Part shown: positions 12,601 through 22,090 of the stretch, piece after piece
Position numbering within the stretch: position 1 is the stretch's first letter
How the letters are laid out: each line of letters starts with the position of its first letter
Assembly: GCA_027923505.1 (NCBI GenBank)
Contig: BROI01000017.1
Coordinates: 496,001-560,000 of the forward strand
Direction: 5' to 3'
From: Mayamaea pseudoterrestris
Lineage: Eukaryota
DNA: 64,000 nucleotides
The notes under the pieces: generated by a model
The model's database searches: none
What the model saw: only the letters and a program-made list of their open reading frames with translations
Told to the model about the DNA's origin: nothing
Position numbers and translations under genes: made by a program

Positions 12601-14366
12601 AAAAATGATGTTGGCACCATTCTGGTGTAATTTGGGCACCTACAGGGCCTGCTGTAGGGGCGTTTGAATGTCATGGCATCTTTGGGCTGAGACTGGTGAC
12701 AAGTTGTCACCAAATACATTGCCATCCCCTGAGACACCAGCCAAGCTTACCATCTTGTAGCGCAGCCTGAATAATGATGTTGGCACAGGGCCTGCTGTAG
12801 GGGCGTTTGAATGTCATGGCATCTGCAGGCTGAGACTGGTGACAAGTTGTCACCAAATACATTGCCATCCCCTGAGACACCAGCCAAGCTTACCATCTTG
12901 TAGCGCAGCCTGCAAAATGATGTTGGCACCATTCTGGTGTAATTTGGGCACCTACAGGGCCTGCTGTAGGGGCGTTTGAATGTCATGGCATCTGCAGGCT
13001 GAGACTGGTGACAAGTTGTCACCAAATACATTGCCATCCCCTGAGACACCAGCCAAGCTTACCATCTTGTAGCGCAGCCTGAAAAAGGATGTTGGCACCA
13101 TTCTGGTGTAATTTGGGCACCTACAGGGCCTGCTGTAGGGGCGATTGAATGTCATGGCATCTGCGGCTGAGACTGGTGACAAGTTGTCACCAAATACATT
13201 GCCATCCCCTGAGACACCAGCCAAGCTTACCATGTTGTAGCGCAGTCTGAATAATGATGTTGGCACCATTCTGGTGTAATTTGGGCACCTACAGGGCCTG
13301 CTGTAGGGGCATTTGAATGTCATGGCATCTGCAGGCTGAGACTGGTGACAAGTTGTCACCAAATACATTGCCATCCCCTGAGACACCAGCCAAGCTTACC
13401 ATCTTGAAGCGCAGCCTGAAAAATGATGTTGGCACCATTCTGGTGTAATTTGGGCACCTACGGGCCTGCTGTAGGGGCGTTTGAATGTCGCGGCATCTGC
13501 GGGCTGAGACTGGTGACAAGTTGTCACCAAATACATTGCCACCCCCTGAGACACCCGCCAATTTTACCATCTTGTAGCGCAGCCTAAAAAATGATGTTGG
13601 CACCATTCTGGTGTAAATCTGGGCACCTACAGGGCCTGCTGTAGGGGCGTTTGAATGTCATGGCGTCTGTGGGCTGAGACTGGTGACAAGTTGTCACCAA
13701 ATACATTGCCATCCCCTGAGACACCAGCCAAGCTTACCATCTTGTAGCGCAGCCTGAATAATGATGTTGGCACCATTCTGGTGTACATTGGGCACCTACA
13801 GGGCTTGTTGTAGATATGTTTGAATGTCATGGCATCTGTGGGCTGAGACTGGTGACAAGTTGTCACCAAATACATTGCCATCCCCTGAGACACTAGCCAA
13901 GCTTACCATCTTGTAGCGCAGCCTATATAATGATGTTGGCACCATTCTGGTGTAATTTGGGCATCTACAGGGCCTGCTGTAGGTGTGTTTGAATGTAATG
14001 GCATCTGCGGGCTGAGACTGGTGACAAGTTGTCACCAAATACATTGCCATCCCCTGAGACACCAGCCAAGCTTAACATCTTGTAGCGCAGCCTGAAAAAT
14101 GATGTTGGCACCATTCTGGTGTAATTTGGGCATACACATGGCTCAAGGTATGGGCATTTGAAAAGCATGGCAGCTGCTGGCTGAGATTGGTGAGAAGTTC
14201 TCACCAGTCACATTGCAGTCTACTAGGACACTAGCCAGGCATACCATCTTGTAGCGCAGACTGAATAATGATGTTGACACCATTCTGGTGTGATTTGGGT
14301 GTCAACATGGCGTGTTATCTGGGCAATTGAATGTCAAGGCATCTGTGGGCTGAGACTGGTGAGAAG
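685..14366. repeat. Tandem satellite array, 169-bp monomer, about 81 copies
   Basis: Consensus CTGGTGACAAGTTGTCACCAAATACATTGCCATCCCCTGAGACACCAGCCAAGCTTACCATCTTGTAGCGCAGCCTGAATAATGATGTTGGCACCATTCTGGTGTAATTTGGGCACCTACAGGGCCTGCTGTAGGGGCGTTTGAATGTCATGGCATCTGCGGGCTGAGA, repeated head-to-tail. The ORF track repeats with a 169-bp period. About 51% GC by hand count. One HindIII site per monomer. Edge monomers are diverged. Confidence 0.99.
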
Positions 14367-14548
14367 CAGTCTACTCACCCGCCAGATTGTTGGATCTGCT
14401 GAGTTTCACCGTGCCATGCATGGAGATGGATTCAAGGTGCTACTGACCCAATTGTTTCTTTTAAATGACATAAAATATCAATTGAAAGGTTTTGACTGTC
14501 TTGGTTGGCCATTCTAATGATCCCTGTGCCGAAAATGGGGCACTGCTG

Positions 14549-15017
14549 GCACAGTCAACCTTTAAGACTGATAAGTTAGAAATCAATCAGTGACGTCATC
14601 AAGCGCCGGACGGACGTCACGAGAAAACTTCAAATCAAGTTCGCGTCGCCCTTTTTCACCAACGCGCAAAGCAGCGACAGTGCAACAAAGCTTCTACATC
14701 AATCTACAGACAACCAACTAACGATTTATAAAGAAAGATGTTGGCGCAGACTGGTCCCGTCGCTTGGGTATAGATTCTTTGGGGATGTTGAGGTGCGGAA
14801 CGATTTTCGCTCAAGCGGGCAGGTGCGACATCCATCGGTACTCGACTGCGTCTTAGGATTGCTCGCGCACCTCCTCTCCGATTTTCACTCGTTGGTAACC
14901 GTTGGAAAGCCCGTCGAGTCGTTAATGAAATGTGATGCATAACTAAAAAACGTCAAAAAGGTCATTATGACGTCACTGAAGGCATTCTAACTTATCAGTC
15001 TTTTTTGTTGAATGTGC
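14549..15017. mobile_element. 469-bp segment bounded by 51-bp imperfect inverted repeats (MITE-like or foldback element)
   Basis: 14549-14599 matches the reverse complement of 14967-15017 at 42/51 positions, including perfect blocks AAGACTGATAAGTTAGAA and TCAGTGACGTCAT. No convincing internal ORF and no clear target-site duplication. Confidence 0.45.
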
Positions 15018-15309
15018 TCAGTCTCTTGGCATAGTGATGGGTTCTGCACACAATTTGTGAACTCTATTGGTCCAATACATTCATGAACAACTTCAATCAT
15101 GTTAGTTTTTCGGAAGTGTCAGGCCACTCTGGCAGTCTGGGTGCCAACTGGGCTGTACATGGCGCAGGCAAATTCCGCGAAGCGTCGCATTTCCTACGCA
15201 TGCCAAACGGCAGACCAAACGAGGTACAGATCACAAACGGTAAAAATATCGCTAATACTCAACATTTCGTAGTTTTGTTGTGCTCTCTAAAAGACAGTGA
15301 ATAAAGAGC

Positions 15310-15400
15310 ATGCGTCGACGGCAAAGCAATATCGGAGCAAACACACGCATCAATCATTGATGCAGCAATTGTTCGTCATTCTTGCCTTGTCGCGACGCAT
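15310..15400 (-). promoter_or_regulatory. SECIS element in the 3' UTR of the SelT-like gene
   Basis: Minus-strand hairpin: ATGCGTCG/CGACGCAT and CGACAAGGCAA/TTGCTTTGCCG form helix I. The core is ATGAC (15379-15375) with CGAT (15334-15331), a tandem GA/AG quartet. Helix II is GAACAATTGC/GTGTTTGCTC. It lies directly downstream of a UGA-containing SelT ORF. Confidence 0.8.
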
Positions 15401-15425
15401 CGCGCCTTACGTCATCTTCATTCGC

Positions 15426-16110
15426 TCATGTACGCTTCATCAAGCCCATGGCCGACATGCCGTTAATCATGTCCTCCATGGTTGGAAACTGACCAGTCTC
15501 CAACTTGCTCCATACCTTCTTCTCGTCAAGATAGATTTCGAAAGCTCCGGTTATCAACCATTTCGACAATACTTGCGGTAGAATCAAGAATAAAGCAATA
15601 CCAATCTGCAGCGAATTGTTTCGAATCGACTCGTACCATCTTGGAATGCCTTGGTAGCCAAGCATTCGCAAGACTCTCTCTCCTCCAAAGAACATGTAAA
15701 GCAGCGCCATTAGTTGCAACATGGATAAGAGATTGCTAATAAGCTCGGCCACTGGCGGTGGAGGATAGTTTTGACCTTCAATGTGTCCGCGCAGCTCTGG
15801 GTATGAGTTTTCGAGGAACTGAGCCATGGAGACAAAGTTCCTCTTCATGCCTCAGCCCATGCAATAGAATATTTTTACCGAATGCTGTACAAATTTGTTG
15901 CTTTCAGAGTCTGCTGCATTAACGAGCGCATGCTATGGAAACGAAACGAAAGTATATACATTTGTGAGCAGGAAGGCCGAATGACGCTCCATCGCTCAAA
16001 CAGCTCCAGAGACTCACCGTCTCAAATTCCTGAGACATTGCTATTGCCGAAAGCAGCAACAGCAGGAGGGCGGACAACGACCGTGTCGAAAGAACCAGCA
16101 TGGTGGTCAT
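15426..16110 (-). CDS. SELT: Selenoprotein T-like (Rdx family) with Sec in a CxxU motif; 2 exons (16110-16018, 15884-15426)
   Basis: A signal-peptide exon splices (GT at 16017, AG at 15886-15885, phase 0) to HSVKIFYC-M-G-TGA-GMKRNF...YPELRGHIEGQNYPPPP...TGAFEI..VWSKLETGQFP, the SelT signature. In-frame TGA at 15854-15852. SECIS downstream. Confidence 0.92.
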
Positions 16111-16418
16111 GGCAGCAACTGAGGTTCCGTTTTGTGTCGATGAGCGGCTGGATCGGACTGATTTTTAAATCGCATCGGCAATGAATACTGACGTATGCGA
16201 ACGCCATGGTACATGAATGTCACACTCACCGCCAATGTACACTTGACACCACAGTAAAAGTGGCGACGCTGACACACAACGGTTTTCAAAAATCGCACTG
16301 GCGGTTGTTGGCGTGTGGCCAAGCCAGCCGACGACCACACTACTTGCTGCTCCATGGCCCCAACATTCGTCGCCCTTCACTCATTCAGCCAAAAGCATTC
16401 AACAGCTTGTCTATAGCC

Positions 16419-17736
16419 ATGTCCATGTCATTGGGGTCCAAGCTGCAGCTCGAGCCAGGTAGCTGGATGGAAGCAATCTACGACGTCTACATTGGCATTG
16501 TCGTTGGAGGCCGGCATTCAGCCTTTTTGGTTTCGCGGGGCGCGTACAACCTGTTCGGGCACCCGATTCTCGCCCTCTTTGGCATTCAACGCGCCATTGG
16601 TCAAGAGGAAGCTGCAACGAATACGGAGGGTCTCAAAGTGGTAGCTGTTGGCTACGGACGGACAGGAACGGTACGTGAACGGACGCGCTGGTTCCGCATG
16701 CTGCTTTTTTGCATTGAAACCGTCGAATCTACCATGGAAGCGTATGTTTTTGTTATGTCATGACTGAGTTATCGTGTGTCATCGCTTGAAATGAATAGTT
16801 GGGTGTAAGGGCGAGCGTCTGCCGTCGTCTTTGCATTTACAAGCGACTCATCACTTGTCGTCTCACTTTCTTCCACAGTATTCGCTGACATTGGCGCTAG
16901 AAGAGCTTGGTTTTCCAACGTTGCACACCCAACATTTATACGAAAATGAAGAAATTATTAACATGTGGACCAATGACGTCTTTCTGCCTTCCATCAAAAC
17001 CGGCGAGATTGATCTTGGACGACCAAATCTACAAATCATTGCCAAGAAATTTCAAGCAACAGCCGATTTGCCCATGGCCCTTTACTTTGAACAAGTTATG
17101 GAGGAATTTCCCGATTGCAAGTTTGTCCTGACGGAGCGAGAAAACTCGGAGACTTGGTTTCGGTCCTGGAGTGTGCTCACGCAGAGCATCACCACGCCGA
17201 CGCAGACTGGAGGCATGTTCTTCTCCAAGGTCAAGCAGTATTCGCACTACTTGCGATGGCTTTATTCTGTCGTCAACCAAGATGAAGAGTTTCTTACATC
17301 GTCCTTTCCATTTCCGGAGCAAAACAAGGAGATGGCTATTATGAGCTACGAAGCTCACAATGCTCGAGTTCGGCAGGTCATTCCAAGCGATCGCTTGCTC
17401 GAGTACAATGTCAAGCAAGGCTGGGAGCCGCTTTGCAATTTCCTCGAGATTGAAAGTTGTCCTGACACGCCATTCCCCAAGACCAATTCGGCGCGATCAG
17501 TCCAAGTCCAGTCCATTTCGGCGCAGTTGGTTCCACTCGTCGTTTCTCTCTTTGTCGTATTTACCCTATTTGCTAAGGGCTTTCAAATGGCGACTGGAAA
17601 ACCAGTCGTCGGCTGGGCGCGATGCAAGACGTTGGAACTGCTGCGAAACATGAATCGCGCGCTGAATGGAGAAAAGGTCATTTGGACCAATGGCAGCCCG
17701 CCGCCAACTCCAAGACGAAAGCGTCGCATCAGCTAA
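16419..17736 (+). CDS. Sulfotransferase-like P-loop protein (sulfotransferase_4-type family); intron 16671-16878
   Basis: Spliced motif LKVVAVGYGRTGT|YSLTLALEELGF, also DLP, FPDCKFVLTER..W..S, RLLEYNVKQGWEPLCNFL and PFPKTN. Canonical GT-AG intron. Confidence 0.8.
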
Positions 17737-17981
17737 ATAGCATGATTGCGAAGTGTGCTCGTCATTTCGATGAGTCTATTTGTGATATCTGTCAATTGTG
17801 GAGGTAATCCTCATGTCGTCTTTGTTTCGTTCGATTAAGCATGCTGTATATCGGATCGAGAAAACAGTAAATTAAAGCTTATTTGTGCTATCACCATCTG
17901 CCACTACACGATGATTACACATAGTCTTCATATCAATCCTATGTTAAACAATGACGCCTATCTTTATAAGGTATTCTGCCT

Positions 17982-18719
17982 TTAATTGTTTTTGATAATG
18001 CCGACCTCGGCAGGTCGTAGTACTCGCTTATTTAAAGAGAAGCCCTTCTTCATGACTTGTCCAACGACGCCATCGTTCTTGCTCGGATCAGGATACTGCA
18101 TGAGTGCTTCATGCTGGTTCGGATCGAACTTATCTCCAACATTGCCATATTTGACGAGTCCGTTTGACTCGAAGGCCTTATTCAACCCCATTTCTGTCAA
18201 ATGTATACCTTCATAAAGTGATCCCAGCACTGGATTCGCTTCCTTATCATCCAGCGCCTCCTTTGGCACACTCTCCAAAGCCCGCGTCAAATTATCCGAA
18301 ACATCCAAGAGTGATTTGGCGAATGATTTAATCGCGTACTGGCGCGCATCCTGTACATCCCGTTGAGCAATTCGACGCGTATTGTCTTGCTCGGCCAGTG
18401 AGCGAAGAAGCTGATCCTTGAGTTCCTTGACTTGAGCTTCGAGCTCCTCCTCCTTTGAGACAATTTCGGGAGGTACCGTCGTAGATTCCGGCGGAGGTTC
18501 TTGGGAGTCGTTGTCTGTTGCTGCAGCTGCTGCTTCATCCTTCTTGTCCGTGTTGTAGTAGTCGCTCAGAAATCGCATCGATGTTTGTGGGGCAAACGCT
18601 GCTCGAATTGACAGCGCATTTTGCGAAATTTCAGGAATTCGACTGCGAACGATCTGTCGCGAAACAGTCTTTGGCAGTAGCGAGGACGATAGTGCGAAAA
18701 CAGTGCGAGTGGACGCCAT
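17982..18719 (-). CDS. grpE: Mitochondrial GrpE nucleotide exchange factor
   Basis: LRSLAEQDNTRR, FAKSLLDVSDNL, FDPNQHEAL, GFSLNKRVLRPAEV. Arg/Ser-rich mitochondrial presequence starting at MASTR. Confidence 0.95.
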   Translation of the reverse strand: MASTRTVFALSSSLLPKTVSRQIVRSRIPEISQNALSIRAAFAPQTSMRFLSDYYNTDKKDEAAAAATDNDSQEPPPESTTVPPEIVSKEEELEAQVKELKDQLLRSLAEQDNTRRIAQRDVQDARQYAIKSFAKSLLDVSDNLTRALESVPKEALDDKEANPVLGSLYEGIHLTEMGLNKAFESNGLVKYGNVGDKFDPNQHEALMQYPDPSKNDGVVGQVMKKGFSLNKRVLRPAEVGIIKNN

Positions 18720-18828
18720 GGTGAAAGGGAGGAAGAATGGTCGAGAATTGTGACGACGTGTGGTCGTCGCGCCGAGAATGCGTGTGAGACGTGGCATGAA
18801 AACCGCTGCGACGATTTAACGATCTTTG

Positions 18829-19965
18829 ATGAGCGAAGCTGTTGCAACTCCACAACCAACCAAGATCAACATGGCGAAGAAGCGAAAGCATGCCGGCGAG
18901 ACCTCGACAGCAGTTAGTAAGGACATTCCGAAAACGACAGTTGCTTCCAATCCGCTTCTAGATGAACAATTACGCTTTCTCGATTCACTTTCGGAGAAGG
19001 AACGAAACAGTTTCTTCGCGCCAAACCTTGATCCATCGCGACGTGCCGAGCTATGGATGCAGCAGGCCGACTTGGGCGAACGACTCGTAAACTCTTACTC
19101 ATGGGCGACTCCAAATGATCGCGCCATGCGAGTCCTGAAGCACTTTGCGCCAATTGTCGAAATTGCGTCAGGTCAAGGGTACTGGCTGCGAATGATGAAG
19201 GAACACGGAATCGATGCTGTTGGATACGATATAGATCCAAGCAAGGGTGGCAAGATCGCCAAGGACAATTCGTCAACAACACATGGCACTATTGTTAAGA
19301 AAGGTGGGCCGGAAGTTTTGGAGCGCGCAGAAAATCGTCGCCGAACACTCTTTCTTTGCTATCCCGACGAAGATACGCCAGCTTCAACGAGCGATCAAGG
19401 AACGAATACGCAGTCGCTGGCATCGGCCTGTCTAAAACATTACAAAGGAGACTATGTAATTCATGTTGGAGAACTCTTTATGGATGCTACACTTTCAATG
19501 GATCAGGCTCCCTGGGGACGGTCCTCGAGTCCATCCTTTCAGGAGCAGTTGGCCGCACAGTTTCACTGCGTTGCCAAGATCAGCCTTCCAAGCTGGCTGC
19601 ATGTACGAGACACGCTGAGCGTATGGAAAAGATCTCAAGTATGCTCCATTGTTTTTGAAGCCGAAGACGGAGACGACGATGGTGATGAAGAATATGAATA
19701 TAGGTGCGTGTGTGTTGCTCTTAGGTTCTCGACAGTTTAGCTTCATCCGTTTCTTACAATTTGTCAAATGTTACCACTACGAAGACACATTCCAGCGGAG
19801 GAGCGGCTACCAGTGGATATCACTGCGCCTTGTCTCCGACACTTGCTTGAGGAAAAGGACATGGACGGTGTCGAGGTTGCTGAGCTCCAGAAGGCTGTTT
19901 CTCCGGCAGTCAAAACGGATATAAAGGCGCCCAGTACAAAGAAAGATTATAAGGCTCCTTGGTAA
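18829..19965 (+). CDS. Putative class I SAM-dependent methyltransferase-like protein; probable intron 19704-19784
   Basis: SWATP...IVEIASGQGYW...GIDAVGYD resembles SAM-binding motif I, also TLFLCYP and VIHVGE. The splice restores the frame into the 19768-19965 ORF. Confidence 0.65.
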
Positions 19966-20177
19966 GTAGTATTACACTACTAATACTTTATAAATGTATA
20001 TATGTACATCGTTTGCACATTAAAAAGCCGCTAAGCATTTAAACATCGTGCTGTCGACAGGTACTAGTTTAGCGCTAAATTAGCGACGATGTCGCTGCAT
20101 CACAAAATCGAACATCCCACTTGCTGGTTGATGACGAGGCATGCTAAACGCTTTGTTTCATATAAACAAACATTGAT

Positions 20178-22015
20178 ATGTCTGATGAGGAGCAAATGAT
20201 CGGCGACGATGTGTCGGAGGACGACATCTTTGATCGAGTGCCGACAAAGCAAGAGCGAATCGGTGGGTATAACATTGCTGTTGCATCAACACTGACGTAC
20301 GAGCATGCGACATGGTGTTCTCTCGAGTTTTGCAAGCTTAACTTGCATTGTCATCCTTCTTCGGAGTAAGCGTGCCATTGTGAGTTACCTTTCCAAACGA
20401 CGTCATCGTCGCAACCTTTTTTGTTTCGATCGATTCGAGGATCGAAGAACGGAACGCGGCATCCTCCTCCATGGCCAGAAATCGTGGTGGGGCGAGATTC
20501 CCTTGTTGCGCCCATAACCGGTTCGACACCTGAGGTTTTGCTATTGTACCTATCGCAGGCCTAACGTTTATTGTATGTCCCTTTTCCTTTACATCAGAAA
20601 TGAGACAAGCGAACAAGCCTCCCTCAGAATGGCTCCGCCTGCTTTGCAAGGATTGGTCTTTACAGAATGAGGTGCTTGTTGAGACGGCGGATGCGAAGTT
20701 CATAGACTACAAACCATACCTTAAAGGCTTGCTCACTCCTCAACTTTTATACCGACTCTCTGTCCCTGTGGTCAAGGATGGAATTGATGGAATAGCTGCA
20801 TCGCCAACGCTCGATTTTTGGGGCATCCTGGGTATTTCGGATGAGTTTGATCGAAGCTATATTACGGCACAAGTGGAACGATTTTGCTCCCTTTACAATA
20901 TCAGGGAAACTGTTACCGATGATGACAACCTTTTTCCGCATGAGATGAGCACAAATGACCCTGCTTCTCTAGCAGCGGCAGCAGCTGCTGGGATTAATGT
21001 CTCACCCAACGGTGCTTTGAACCTCAACTTTGAAGCCAGCGCGGCTGCTGCAGCCGCCGCGGCAGCGATTCCAATCAACATTCCCAGATTACCTGGCAAG
21101 CAGCTTTACGATATGTCGCAAGCTCAGCTGGCGAAGGAAGATGCAATAAAGACGGAGCGCCGGACGAGTTTAAAGCGCAGCGAGCATAGGTTGCCATCTG
21201 AAGGCAAGGAACGGAAAGTTCGAGACCGTGAGCAACTCGCAGTACAGAAAGCTGCAGTGCGAGCCGAGCGCGAGTCTGAGAGAGAAGCCAGACGACAAAA
21301 AAAGCTGTTAATCCGTCAGCATCGCGAATTGTTTGCCCAGCAGCAGAAGGAAGCAGCTCTTCAACGAGCCGCCGAATTGGTCGCATCCAATCGCGTTCCG
21401 GTTGAGATTACGCGAGGGTCGCAAGCAGTCAAGTCCTTGTTCGCACCAAGCTCATTTCCAAATTCGAATGTCGACGCTTCGAAGAAACGGTCGGCGATTG
21501 TTGTATCAACTGCGGGAGATCTCAATGAAATCGTTACGCATTCGAAAAATCTCTGGGCGAAATACAATGCCATCGCTAAGGAACATAACCAAAAGGTGAA
21601 CTGGATAATCGTTGCGAAGGAGCTGGGTATACATGTCAAGGTTCGTGAAAAGTATGCGCGAATGCACTCGCGGGCTGAGCAGCGAGGCTTTGACTGGGTT
21701 TTGAATAGCCACTGGAAGGTCAAGGACCACCCAGAGATATTTTTGGAACCAACTCTTGCTGAACAAAAGGCTAAGATGCCTCCATCGCCCTTACACACTT
21801 CCGCTACTGTTTTGATTGATAACAATAAAGAAGTCAGCGATGAAGCTGTTGCTTTGGCGGCCGCAGTCGTCGACGCTTCGGTAACTGCTCCATCAGACGA
21901 CGAGTTTGTCGAAACGTCAGACGAGCACCATGGAACTGCAGCTGCCCTTGCCGCAACGTCGCTAGTCAGTGACCCCATAGCTGGGCTGGAAGAAATGAAT
22001 GCGACGGAAGTTTAA
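20178..22015 (+). CDS. Hypothetical protein, probably 3 exons, with a coiled coil and a possible C-terminal helical DNA-binding-like domain
   Basis: 471-aa ORF 20600-22015 plus short protein-like upstream ORFs (20178, 20370-20490). The segment NWIIVAKELG is reminiscent of ARID/Myb-like helices. Exon junctions not resolved. Confidence 0.6.
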
Positions 22016-22090
22016 AAGTAGCATGCACCACCAATATGTATGGGACTCTGATAAAAGTAGCAGGTTTTTATTCTTTAATTCACAATAATT

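Noticed and set aside
770..14204. Dozens of 88-aa ORFs (MSQGMAMYLVTT...) in the array
   Set aside because: They are a by-product of the 169-bp period, which is not a multiple of 3. They overlap each other in shifting frames, use non-ATG starts and resemble no protein.
685..14366. CRISPR array or integron-like cassette array (palindromic repeats)
   Set aside because: The sequence between the palindromes is identical from unit to unit, so there are no unique spacers or cassettes. There is no cas or integrase gene and the context is eukaryotic.
685..14366. 5S rRNA, snRNA, spliced-leader or hammerhead-ribozyme tandem array
   Set aside because: I found no recognisable 5S or snRNA sequence, and no CUGANGA plus GAAA hammerhead core on either strand of the consensus.
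574..14499. Possible terminal inverted repeats enclosing the whole array (ACAGTCAAACC at 574 versus GGTTTTGACTGT at 14488)
   Set aside because: Only ~11 bp with an indel, no extension and no TSD, which is compatible with chance.
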